Assembly: GCA_963713975.1 (NCBI GenBank)
Contig: OY970218.1
Coordinates: forward strand, 537,451-601,450
From: an uncultured Chloroflexia bacterium
GTDB lineage: Bacteria > Chloroflexota > Limnocylindria > Limnocylindrales > CSP1-4
Length of the DNA stretch: 64,000 nt
Reading direction: 5' to 3'
Shown: piece after piece, positions 8,161-16,893 of the stretch
Layout of the letters: every line of letters starts with the position of its first letter
Position numbering within the stretch: position 1 is the stretch's first letter
Translations under genes and position numbers: made by a program
Notes under the pieces: model-generated
Databases searched by the model: none
What the model was told of the DNA's origin: nothing
What the model saw: only the letters and a program-made list of their open reading frames with translations

Positions 8161-8547
8161 CTAGCAGCCCCAGCCCTTGATCGGCTGATTGTCCTTCGTA
8201 TGGCCCTCGTCGACCCCGTCGACCTCCAGCCACAGGGCGCCGTGCTGGCCCCACCAGGCGCTCACGACCGTGCCTTCGGGGGGAGGGACGCACCAGCACT
8301 CCCCGTAGCCCGGGATCTGCACATTGAACACGACCGTATGGCCCATGTCCCTGGCGACGGTGGCGGCCTCGGCCGGCGACTTGCCGACGACGCCCTCGAC
8401 GACTGGCGCACCGTCGGTCGTGGTCATGCCCGCTGGACCGATGCCTCGAGCGTTCTGGCAACCGGAGCTGCCGAGATCCATGTTCGGGATCGCCGAGCAG
8501 CCTGCGATGAGGACCAGGACCGCAAGCAGGGTGCCGGCGCGAGCCAT
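8161..8547 (-). CDS. Small lipoprotein of unknown function
   Basis: The signal peptide MARAGTLLAVLVLIAGCS carries a lipobox. The track ORF 8161..8706 has an implausible N-terminal extension. Confidence 0.7.
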   Translation of the reverse strand: MARAGTLLAVLVLIAGCSAIPNMDLGSSGCQNARGIGPAGMTTTDGAPVVEGVVGKSPAEAATVARDMGHTVVFNVQIPGYGECWCVPPPEGTVVSAWWGQHGALWLEVDGVDEGHTKDNQPIKGWGC

Positions 8548-8763
8548 CAGGTGCACGGGGCGAGTCTGGCACACGCGCTGGCGCACGATCGGCTCGTCCG
8601 GCGAGAGCTCCGCGCCCCCCCCGCACACGGTTGGCGGCGCCGCGCGCCACCACATCGGCACCGCGATCGCCCAGCACGAGTCACCCGAATCGCCGCCTCC
8701 GTGCATCTACCCTGTGAAGCGGTTGCCCAAGACCGCCGACCCGTGTGGGGGAACAGACCCGCA

Positions 8764-9285
8764 GTGACCGTGGAAGCCCTGCGCCGACACCGCCCCGAGG
8801 TCCTCGACGACCTCCTGGAGCGGTACGGACGCGAGATCCAGGGCGTGGCCTACCTGATCCTCAGGGACCGGGCGGCGGCGGAGGACGTGGTGGTGGACAC
8901 CTTGCTGACCGCACTCGATCGCGGGGACCAGCTTCGGGACCCGGCGGCGTTGCGGCCGTGGCTCCTCCGGATCGCGACCAACCGGGCGCTGGGCGTCCGG
9001 CGGTCATCGTCCCGGGTCGTGCAGCTCCACGTGGTGCCCGACCGGCCCGGGCGCCGGACCGACGAGGACGAGCGCCTGACCCTGCTCGGCTGCGTGGACT
9101 CGCTCGCACCACGCATGCGTGCTGCCGTGGTACTGCGCTACTACGCTGATCTGTCAGTGCGCGAGACGGCCGAGGCCCTCGGGACCAGCGAGAACACCGT
9201 GAAGACGCAACTCCGCGAGGCGCTCGAGCAGATGCGCCGGGTCCTGGGCGAGAACGGCGACACGCGGGAGGCCTCCCATGGCTGA
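8764..9285 (+). CDS. ECF-type RNA polymerase sigma-70 family factor
   Basis: Region 2 (RPWLLRIATNRAL) and region 4 (RYYADLSVRETAEALGTSENTVKTQLREA) are present. GTG start at 8764. The longer track ORF (from 8023) is antisense to the lipoprotein gene. Confidence 0.88.
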   Translation: MTVEALRRHRPEVLDDLLERYGREIQGVAYLILRDRAAAEDVVVDTLLTALDRGDQLRDPAALRPWLLRIATNRALGVRRSSSRVVQLHVVPDRPGRRTDEDERLTLLGCVDSLAPRMRAAVVLRYYADLSVRETAEALGTSENTVKTQLREALEQMRRVLGENGDTREASHG

Positions 9286-10987
9286 CGAGCTCGATCCGCG
9301 GCTGGAGACACGGCTGCGCGCAGCCCTCCACGCCGAGGCCGATACGCTCCCGATGCTCATCCGGGTGGACGACCTCGAGCGGGCACGACGTCGGCGCGGG
9401 GGCCGGCGTCTCGCCCTGCCGGCGTCCCTGCTCGGCCTGGCGGCGGTGCTCGCGATCCTGGTCGCGTACGGCGTCATCGGGCGTGGCGACCCCTCGCCGG
9501 TCGGGGGAACGCCGTCGCCGACCGCGACCTCGCGGCCGCTTGCCACATACGAGGACCTGGAGATGGTCGCGGGCCCCGCGATCACGGACTTCCTGCGGGG
9601 CGAACACCCGGAGGCCGGCCCGGCCGGCGAGACCGTGACTGTCGCCCTCGGCTCGCTCGGCGACACGCAAGCCATTGCGTACGGCGCGGACTGTGTGGGC
9701 GGGTCGCTCGACCTGGTGCTCGAGAAGGCCGGCGCCGAGATCGGGACCACACGCCTCGGTTGCAGCGGAATACCCTACGGGGCCGACACACCGCTCTCGC
9801 TGCAGGGCGAGACCATTGCGGGTCCCATCGACGTCACCGTCCGCGCCGACGCGAATGTGCGCTGGCAAATCGTGGTCGCTGGCGCCGAGCCCGGGGACAT
9901 GCCGCTGATTGTGGAGCCGACCCCAACACCGATCACGGACTTCGGACCCCCCGGCGAGGCGATCGTCGTGTCCACCGAGGGCGGACCGGCGGCCCCCACC
10001 GCCATCGTTATCGACGCGTGGGAGTTGTCCTCCCTCGCCGGCGGCGGCTTCAGCTCAAGCGAGCGGGAGCTGGCCCGGATTCTCGGCGACCAACTTGGCG
10101 CGAACGTCACGCTCGCCTATCCCCTAGGGGCGACGCTGAGCCGCGATGGCAGGCTCGCGTTGAGCGTACTGAACGGCGATGTGCCTGCGACCCTGGTCCT
10201 CGACATCGCCGGCAAGAACCGCGCGACGGTATCGGTGGCGGGCTCGGCGGACAACCTCGCGTTCGGCCCGGACGGCCTCCTGGCCAGCAGCGGGGCCGAC
10301 GGCTTCCTGACGTTCGAGATCGCGCCCGGCGATCTCGTGCGCGTGCCGGTGAGCGGCATCGAGCTGGTGACGACGCGCGGAACGCCGACCTGGCTCGCCG
10401 ACGGTTCGGGCGTCCTTGCCGTCCGTTACGACGACACGGGCGCTCCCCTGTTCGGGGTTGTGGCAACGACGGGCTGGCACCAGCTCGGACCCGACCTCCC
10501 TGCCCTGTTCCAGGCGAGAGGCACGGAGCGACCCTTCGACCCGACCGGCCACGGGCTGGGGCCGGGTTGCGATACTGGGGGTGGTGTGGCCGGCGGTACC
10601 TGTGCACTCGTGCGTACCCGCGGCGACGAGCCGCCCGAGCCCTGGGGCATTCCCGGCGGTACCGTCCAGGGCCACCCCGTGTGGGCCCGTGATGGACAGC
10701 GAGCTTGGCTCATCCAGGCGGAGAACGACGTCGCCATGAAGATCGTGCTGGCCCGTCGCGACGGGATCGAGAAGACGACCGTCCTGATCAACAATCCAGG
10801 GGCCGCCGCGACCGGCGCGCCGACACTCCTCGGGATCCTCGACAGTGATCCTTCGGAGCCCCTCTTCGTCGTCTTTGACGGAGGCACGATGACCTGGCTC
10901 GCCGGGATCGGCGGCTCGATCGCGCTCCCCGAGAACGCGGCGTTCGCCGGCTGGGCGGGAGGTGCCGGGACATACCCCGCCCCGTGA
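9278..10987 (+). CDS. Putative anti-sigma factor: single-pass membrane protein with a large extracytoplasmic domain
   Basis: Overlaps the sigma gene by 8 nt. A short cytoplasmic N-terminus is followed by a TM helix (LLGLAAVLAILVAYGVIG) and about 490 aa of extracytoplasmic sequence with TolB/beta-propeller-like strands (WLADGSGVLAV, HPVWARDGQRAWL). Confidence 0.7.
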   Translation: MADELDPRLETRLRAALHAEADTLPMLIRVDDLERARRRRGGRRLALPASLLGLAAVLAILVAYGVIGRGDPSPVGGTPSPTATSRPLATYEDLEMVAGPAITDFLRGEHPEAGPAGETVTVALGSLGDTQAIAYGADCVGGSLDLVLEKAGAEIGTTRLGCSGIPYGADTPLSLQGETIAGPIDVTVRADANVRWQIVVAGAEPGDMPLIVEPTPTPITDFGPPGEAIVVSTEGGPAAPTAIVIDAWELSSLAGGGFSSSERELARILGDQLGANVTLAYPLGATLSRDGRLALSVLNGDVPATLVLDIAGKNRATVSVAGSADNLAFGPDGLLASSGADGFLTFEIAPGDLVRVPVSGIELVTTRGTPTWLADGSGVLAVRYDDTGAPLFGVVATTGWHQLGPDLPALFQARGTERPFDPTGHGLGPGCDTGGGVAGGTCALVRTRGDEPPEPWGIPGGTVQGHPVWARDGQRAWLIQAENDVAMKIVLARRDGIEKTTVLINNPGAAATGAPTLLGILDSDPSEPLFVVFDGGTMTWLAGIGGSIALPENAAFAGWAGGAGTYPAP

Positions 10988-11567
10988 CCCGCGAGAGGGC
11001 CCGTGCAGCACGCTGCCGCTCCGGCGTCGGGCCAGTGCACAGCTGGGAGCGCGTCTGTTTGGCATGCAGGCGCCGATGAGCGCAGTGGCCAACCGCTCCC
11101 CGATCACGATCGAGTCGAGCGTAGCCGCCCAAGTTATCGGCTGAGGCGCAGAGACGATAACGGCCTGAGAGCCGATAACTGTGGACGCTGCCGTCGGCCC
11201 CTGGCACTGAGGACCCGTCTTACGAGCGGCGGAGGCGGCACACGGTGCGTCCCCTGACACCTGCGGTGACCGGCTCCGGGCGTTCTATGGTGGGGACCTG
11301 GGCGCCGATGAGATCGGCAGCATACCCAAGCAGCTACTGAGCGTTATGGCCAGCCGCTCCCTGAGCACGATCGGGGCTGCCCACAGACGATCGCCGAGCC
11401 GGAAGGCGCCGGGCCTCGCTTGGAGCATGGCGCCCGCTACAGGGGGGTCAGGCACGGCGTCGAGGAGCATGCCGGATGTGGGCGCCGGACGGGCTTGGGA
11501 CGCCAGCCGGTTTGACCTCGATCCCGAGCAATGGCGAGCGCGTGCCTGACCCTAGGCCAGGCGCCGC

Positions 11568-12389
11568 CTACGAGCGCGAGCGGCCTTCAGCGGCTCCGGG
11601 GCCCCGCCGGTAGACGCGCAGCTCAATCACGTCGGGGACATGCCACTCGAGGGAATAGAGGACCCGCTGGCCCGCGCCGTCCACGTCAACCTGCTGGAGG
11701 TGCTGGAGCAGCGTGCCGGGTGTCACCTTCAGCACGGCCGCGAGATCAGGATCGGCGCTCGCAGGGGCAATGATCGCTTCGCCGTGCTGAACCGGATGGC
11801 CGTTCGCTGCGAGCAGAGCGTAGATCGAGCCGCCCAGCGCCGCTCGGTCACGGTCCGAATCGACGATATCGGCGGGCAGATAGTCGATGGAGTACACGGC
11901 CGGCCGATTGTCCGCGGTCCTGACACGTCGCAGCTCCACCACGGGGCGGCCGGGTTTCAGGCGAAGCCACTCGGCTAACTCATCGGAGGCCTGGATCGTG
12001 GTGATCCCGAGGATGGTGCATCCGGTCCGCATGCCGGTCGATTCGAGATAGGAGGTGTAGGAGAAGTTCGTGTCAAGCGAGTTTCGCAGCAGCGGACGGG
12101 CGGTGACGTATGTCCCGGAACCCTGTCGCCGGGCAAGATAACCCTCCTCAACAAGTCCGCGAACGGCCTCGCGGACCGTTGCGCGGCTGACCGCGAACAC
12201 CCCGGCCAGGGCATCCTCGTTGGGGAGCTTGGACTCCGGCGCGTAGGTGCCGGTGAGGACTGCCTGGCGGAGGCCGTCGCGGACGACGTCCGCAAGCAGC
12301 GGGCGAGCCAGGCGGGCGACGCGGGTCGTCACTGCGGCGGACCGCCTTCGCCACCGGCGCCCGGACGGGCCCTCGATGCGATCCTCCAA
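11568..12389 (-). CDS. GntR/HutC-family transcriptional regulator (UTRA effector domain)
   Basis: KLPNEDALAGVFAVSRATVREAVRGLVEEGYLARRQGSGTYV is a winged HTH. The C-terminal domain looks UTRA-like. Confidence 0.9.
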   Translation of the reverse strand: MEDRIEGPSGRRWRRRSAAVTTRVARLARPLLADVVRDGLRQAVLTGTYAPESKLPNEDALAGVFAVSRATVREAVRGLVEEGYLARRQGSGTYVTARPLLRNSLDTNFSYTSYLESTGMRTGCTILGITTIQASDELAEWLRLKPGRPVVELRRVRTADNRPAVYSIDYLPADIVDSDRDRAALGGSIYALLAANGHPVQHGEAIIAPASADPDLAAVLKVTPGTLLQHLQQVDVDGAGQRVLYSLEWHVPDVIELRVYRRGPGAAEGRSRS

Positions 12390-12482
12390 TTGGCCCGGAC
12401 CAATACTCCTCCTCAGGCCATGCCTACGCTCGATCGCCGCCTACCCTTGGGGTGCGCCGCCCGGCCGCTCAGGCGCCGCCGC

Positions 12483-13187
12483 TCATCGACCCTCCCCGAT
12501 CGCCGCGCTCGTCAGGGCGAGCGCGCAGTCCACCTGCTCGCGGACCGACGGTCCGGCCGGAAGGCGACCGTCAAAGATGGCGCCGCCGATAGTGTAGGCC
12601 CACGCCCCAGCGTCGGCGAGGACGTTGATCCGCTCTGCGGAGTCGACGCTGCCGGCCGCGATGATCGGTCCCGAGGCGGCGCTCACGACCGCCCGGACGA
12701 GGGCGGGAACGTCTCCGTTCCAGCGGTAGGCGAGCAGGTCAAGCCCGTCGACACCATCACGCGCGGTGAGATCGCGAGCGCTCGACACGACTTCCGCGAG
12801 AGATCCCTCGAGGATGCTCGGATGCCCCACGACCCGGCCGGGGAACGGGCAATAGCGCGGCCTGCCAGCCGTGCCGGGAGGCCCGACGCGGTCGAGGATC
12901 GCGAGCGCCTCGTCGGCGTGGGTGCCTCCGACCAGCCAGTCCACGCCGATCTCCAGGGCCGCTTCGATCGAGTGGATCTCGTCCTCGGCCCGCTCCGAGA
13001 CGACCTCGAGGAAGACCTCGCGACCGTCCGCCCGCATGGTCGTCGCGAGATCGCGCAGCCGCGCCGGCGGCAGGCCGATGTCCTTGAAGCCGACGTACTC
13101 CAGGCTGGAGTCGCGCAGCGTCTCGTAGACGGCCGCAGCGTCCGGGACGGTCGCGTCGTTGCGGGTGAGCATGAATATGAACTTCAT
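12483..13187 (-). CDS. Uncharacterised phosphate-binding TIM-barrel protein (NanE/ThiE-like C-terminal motif)
   Basis: 234 aa. Starts MKFIFMLTRND. The C-terminal IIAAGSVDSAERINVLADAGAWAYTIGGAIF resembles the phosphate-gripping end of ribulose-phosphate-binding barrels. Confidence 0.65.
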   Translation of the reverse strand: MKFIFMLTRNDATVPDAAAVYETLRDSSLEYVGFKDIGLPPARLRDLATTMRADGREVFLEVVSERAEDEIHSIEAALEIGVDWLVGGTHADEALAILDRVGPPGTAGRPRYCPFPGRVVGHPSILEGSLAEVVSSARDLTARDGVDGLDLLAYRWNGDVPALVRAVVSAASGPIIAAGSVDSAERINVLADAGAWAYTIGGAIFDGRLPAGPSVREQVDCALALTSAAIGEGR

Positions 13188-13198
13188 CGGGGCATCTC

Positions 13199-14038
13199 CT
13201 ATGGGAGCCGGATAGGAGCGCCGCCGCCGGCAGGGAGGACGTCGGCGACGCCGTCGAGCACGAAATCGGGAATGACCGGCGAGCCCTCGAGATCCTCCGG
13301 AGTCGTGGCGCCGGTCAGGACGAGGGCGGACGCCATGCCCGCCTCACGGGCCATCCGCACGTCCGTCAGCAGCCGGTCGCCAACGAGGATGGTGTCGTCT
13401 GCAGGAAGGGCGAGACGGTCGAGGAGCGCGGCGGACATGTGCGGGGAGGGCTTGCCCACGACCGCCTCGGCGAGGGCGCCGGTGCACGCCTCGATGGCCG
13501 CCAGCATAGCCGCGCAGTCCGGAAGGTCGCCGGTAGGGGTCGGGCAGAACGGGTCGGGGTTCGTGGCCACGATCCGAGCCCCCGCCCTGACGGCACGGAA
13601 CGCGGCGACCAGCTTGGCGTAGTCGAAGGTCCGGTCCCAGGACACGACGACGACATCGGCGGTCGTCGGGTCGTCGGTCGCCGGGTTCAGGATCTCGAAG
13701 CCGGCGGATCGCAGGAGGTCCGCCACCACGGGCTCGCTGATCGGGAGGATGCGGGCGCCGGCCGCCCTACTGGCGAGGTACCGCAGCAGGGCGTCCGTGG
13801 ACGAGACTACCTCGGACGCCGTGGCGGGAATCCCGAGGTCCGTCAACTTTGCGGCATAGGCCCCCGGCAGGTCCAGTGGCTTGTTGGTGAGGAACGCCAC
13901 GCGCGCCCCGGCCGCGCGGATCGAGGCCACGGTCTCGGCCGCACGCGGCAGCAGGCTCTCGCCCAGGTAGAGCGTTCCATCAAGATCGAAGACGTAGCCG
14001 CCGTAGATCCGGTCGGGGCGGCCATCCGGACGCCTCAC
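13199..14038 (-). CDS. HAD-IIA (NagD/AraL-like) sugar phosphatase
   Basis: Motif I is FDLDGTLY. The core reads ..FLTNK..., ..VGKP.. and ..VGDRLLTDV... GTG start at 14038, overlapping the upstream stop (GTGA). Confidence 0.88.
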   Translation of the reverse strand: MRRPDGRPDRIYGGYVFDLDGTLYLGESLLPRAAETVASIRAAGARVAFLTNKPLDLPGAYAAKLTDLGIPATASEVVSSTDALLRYLASRAAGARILPISEPVVADLLRSAGFEILNPATDDPTTADVVVVSWDRTFDYAKLVAAFRAVRAGARIVATNPDPFCPTPTGDLPDCAAMLAAIEACTGALAEAVVGKPSPHMSAALLDRLALPADDTILVGDRLLTDVRMAREAGMASALVLTGATTPEDLEGSPVIPDFVLDGVADVLPAGGGAPIRLP

Positions 14039-15450
14039 CGGTTCGGCCCCAGGATCCCGGAGCGGTCCAGCAGGCGATCGACAGTGGAGTCGTCCCAGTC
14101 GCTGGCAAAGAAGCGCAGGTCGGCCACGGTGAACCGGTCCCGCATGAACGGCAGGCTGCGAAGGGCCCATCGGACGATCTCGGGCGCGGCGGGCGGGTCG
14201 AGCTCCTCGATCGTCGCCGGCGCTCCCGCGGCCGAGAGCCCGGTCGCCAGGGTCTCGGGCGGCGCGACCAGCTTCGTGATCGCGTCCCGATGGCGCTCCC
14301 AGTCGGCTGCGAACGCCGCGACCGTTGGCCGCGCCGCGTGCCAGCGAGCCAGCTTCGCCTCGACGTCGCGCCAGCACTCGTCGCCCATCCGCCCGCTTGG
14401 GTCGACCGGCTCGAAGGCGGCGCGCACCCGGCGCTCGAGGACAGCCGGCTCCGGGAAGGCGCTATCGGCGGTGAGGCGGCCGGGATCGAGGTGGGCGAGG
14501 GTGTCTGCCCAGACGGTCGCGCCAAGGACAGCCGCGACGCCGACCTGGGCGCCGTGGAACGCGAGTGGCCGTCCACTGGCGGCAGCCGTCATGTCCAGCA
14601 TGTGGCTGAGGACGTGCTCGGTCCCGGACAGCGGCGAGGTGCGCCCGGCGACGCCCATCGCGATTCCGGTCAGCGTCATTCGCGAGCCAAGCTCGGCCAG
14701 CATCGCGGGGTCGCCGGCGCGGACGCGCCCCGCATCTCGGAGCAGATCCTCCCCGCCATCACGGAACAGCGCGACGACCGCCGGATCGTAGCTGTCGTCA
14801 AGCCCGACGGCGCCCGCGAGATACCAGTCCGCCGGGGCCGTGAACATCGAGCACAGCTCGCCGAACCCGGCGGCAGTCATCTCCGGCGGGGTGTCCCGGA
14901 GGACCTCCAGGTCGACGATCAGGGCGTCGGGCCAGCGTGAAGGCACCGTCCGCTTCACCCCGGACCGCAGCAGCACCGCCATGTCGTCGGAGAAGGCGTT
15001 CACGGACACGGCGGTCTGGACCACCACGAACGGAATGCCCCCGGCGCGCATCGATGCGTCCTTCGCCACGTCCGTGATCGTGCCGCTGCCGACCGCAACC
15101 ACGCAGCCCGCCCCGACCAGCGCGGCATCCGCCTGTGCCAGGGCGTCGGCGTCGGCGTGGAGCTCGTCAGCGTGCGCGCGGATGACGGCGAGGCGGGTGG
15201 GGAACCGGGTCTCCAGCGTCGCCAGGATGCCCGCCTTGAGGTCCGCGCCGGCCCGGGTCATCGCCGTCTCGTCGACGATCACCACGACGTCGCCGTCACG
15301 GCAGAGGTCCGCCACGTCGTCGGGCAGCGCCTCGATCGTGTTCGGTCCGATCCGGATGCGGTCCATGCCAATGGGGCGACGACGGGCAGCATCGCCCTTC
15401 GCAAGGCGGCGGCGCAGCCCAGGGAGGTCGGTCGGGTCGGCAGGGAGCAT
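14035..15450 (-). CDS. Glycerol-1-phosphate dehydrogenase (AraM/EgsA)-like member of the iron-ADH/DHQS superfamily
   Basis: Contains VAVGSGTITDVAK, SVNAFSDD and the His-rich GTEHVLSHMLD metal site. The probable start is MLPADP at 15450; the track ORF extends to 15549. Confidence 0.75.
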   Translation of the reverse strand: MLPADPTDLPGLRRRLAKGDAARRRPIGMDRIRIGPNTIEALPDDVADLCRDGDVVVIVDETAMTRAGADLKAGILATLETRFPTRLAVIRAHADELHADADALAQADAALVGAGCVVAVGSGTITDVAKDASMRAGGIPFVVVQTAVSVNAFSDDMAVLLRSGVKRTVPSRWPDALIVDLEVLRDTPPEMTAAGFGELCSMFTAPADWYLAGAVGLDDSYDPAVVALFRDGGEDLLRDAGRVRAGDPAMLAELGSRMTLTGIAMGVAGRTSPLSGTEHVLSHMLDMTAAASGRPLAFHGAQVGVAAVLGATVWADTLAHLDPGRLTADSAFPEPAVLERRVRAAFEPVDPSGRMGDECWRDVEAKLARWHAARPTVAAFAADWERHRDAITKLVAPPETLATGLSAAGAPATIEELDPPAAPEIVRWALRSLPFMRDRFTVADLRFFASDWDDSTVDRLLDRSGILGPNR

Positions 15451-15480
15451 CTGGGTGCGTGGCCTCCGCGGCTGTGCTTG

Positions 15481-15500
15481 GTCATCAGTCGTCCGATGAC
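15481..15500. promoter_or_regulatory. Palindrome GTCATC-N8-GATGAC upstream of the dehydrogenase operon (candidate HutC-type operator)
   Basis: Perfect 6-bp arms, about 30 nt upstream of the 15450 start codon. Confidence 0.35.
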
Positions 15501-15920
15501 TTGACTCTAGGGCCGTTTGCCCCGTGATGTCAACGGAGGTCGAGCCCAATCGATCCAGGAAACGAGATCCAGCGTTCGCGCGGGATCGATCGGCTCCCCA
15601 TCGCGAGGAGCGCCCGGCCGCGGGCCACGACCTCGGACGGGCCGCTCCTTCGTTGGAGAACCCGGAGTTGGTGGCGGAGGACCAAGGATCTTGAGGTCCT
15701 TGGCGCCGTCATCGCGGCCGCCGATCCCGAGGCCAAAAGCCAGCACCCGAACTATCAAACCGAGGATGAACAGCATCCGGGCATCCTGCGGTGTGGGATG
15801 ACCGTGAATCGGGGTTTCGAACCCCACGGGCATACGCCACGGGCTTGCGGCTGCACTCCCGCAGCAGGTGGTTGTTCCTGCCTGGCGACCAGGGCCAACC
15901 GCATCAGAGGGTCAACGTCA

Positions 15921-15962
15921 TCGCATTGCTACGTGAGCATGATGTAGCATGCAGCAATGCTA
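15921..15962. promoter_or_regulatory. Copy 1 of the recurring inverted repeat TAGCATTGCTGC-N18-GCAGCAATGCTA
   Basis: The left arm TCGCATTGCTAC matches 10 of 12 positions and the right arm GCAGCAATGCTA matches 12 of 12. The spacer is 18 nt. It lies about 100 nt upstream of the glycerophosphodiesterase gene. Confidence 0.6.
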
Positions 15963-16064
15963 CGCTCAGGTCCCTGGCGTGACGCACGCACCCCAATGAG
16001 CGAAACTGCTTGCTCCTCCCGGAGCGCCTGGCCATCATCCAACACGCCTAGGAGGGCTTGATCC

Positions 16065-16865
16065 GTGATGCATTCGTGGATTCGGCCGGGCCGCCCGGTG
16101 ACCGTGGCACATCGGGGTCACAGCGTGCAGTTCCCCGAAAACACCATGCCATCGTTCCGGGCTGCGATAGAGCGCGGTGCCGAGATGATCGAGACCGACG
16201 CGCAGCTCAGCCGCGATGGCCAACTGGTCATCATGCATGACAACACGATCGACAGGACGACGAACGGTCACGGGCGGGCTGTCGACTTGACCTGGGACGA
16301 ACTGTCCCGACTCGACGCCGGAAGCTGGTACGGGCCCGAGTTCACGGGCCTACGGATTCCGCGGGTCACTGAGGTCATCGAGCTTGCCCGATCGAGCAGC
16401 ATCGGCCTCTGTCTCGAGGCCAAGGTGGCCACTACCGCCGAGGCAACAACGATTGCGGTCGCCCTCGCGAACCTGATCGTCGCCAGCGACGCGACATCGT
16501 GGGCGTTCGTGTCCGGTTTCGACCACGCCTCCATGATGGCGGCTCGGGCCGTCAATCCGTCACTCTTGCTGGCCCCTGAGCGCTGGCCGGAGCATGGTCC
16601 CCAGGATCCCAAGGAGACGTTGCGTCAGGCGCTGGCACTCGGTGCGCCCGTCCTCCAGCACCGCTGGGAATTGATCACGCCAATTCTGGTCGATACCCTC
16701 CACGAGGCCGGGGTCGGCATCTGGGCATGGACGACCAACGACATCGGCGGTGTTCAGGTCTCGGTGGCGCTCGGAGTGGATGGAATCATGGGTGACGACG
16801 TAGACGTGCTCAACACTGGACGATCCACGGCGCAGCCGTGGATCCGTCCCGAGGTCGAGCGGTGA
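16065..16865 (+). CDS. Glycerophosphodiester phosphodiesterase (GDPD family)
   Basis: VAHRGHSVQFPENTMPSFRAAIERGAEMIETDAQLSRDGQLVIMHDNTIDRTT is the canonical GDPD N-terminus. Confidence 0.9.
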   Translation: MMHSWIRPGRPVTVAHRGHSVQFPENTMPSFRAAIERGAEMIETDAQLSRDGQLVIMHDNTIDRTTNGHGRAVDLTWDELSRLDAGSWYGPEFTGLRIPRVTEVIELARSSSIGLCLEAKVATTAEATTIAVALANLIVASDATSWAFVSGFDHASMMAARAVNPSLLLAPERWPEHGPQDPKETLRQALALGAPVLQHRWELITPILVDTLHEAGVGIWAWTTNDIGGVQVSVALGVDGIMGDDVDVLNTGRSTAQPWIRPEVER

Positions 16866-16893
16866 GGGCCGGAGTCACTGAGGTGGGTACGCG

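Noticed and set aside
8023-8763. N-terminal 247-aa extension of the sigma-factor ORF given in the track
   Set aside because: It is antisense to the lipoprotein gene and has no sigma region 1 features. The conserved sigma-70 region 2 starts right after the GTG at 8764.
11029-11090. tRNA-like sequence as a functional tRNA gene
   Set aside because: It has no proper D stem or T arm (no GTTCGA-type T-loop), a mismatched acceptor stem and no CCA. It is reported only as a fragment.
11147-11161. 15-nt exact reverse-complement match with 29515..29529 as evidence of a mobile element
   Set aside because: By a rough estimate, a single 15-mer match is within a few-fold of chance in 64 kb. It is mentioned only because both copies lie near tRNA-Ala-like sequence.
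15507-15833. 108-aa minus-strand ORF (contains a TM-like MLFILGLIVRVLAFGLGIGG) and its 94-aa plus-strand counterpart in the divergent intergenic region
   Set aside because: Third-position GC bias is weak, there is no Shine-Dalgarno sequence, the ORF overlaps the extended dehydrogenase ORF, and I recognise no motif. A small membrane peptide cannot be excluded.
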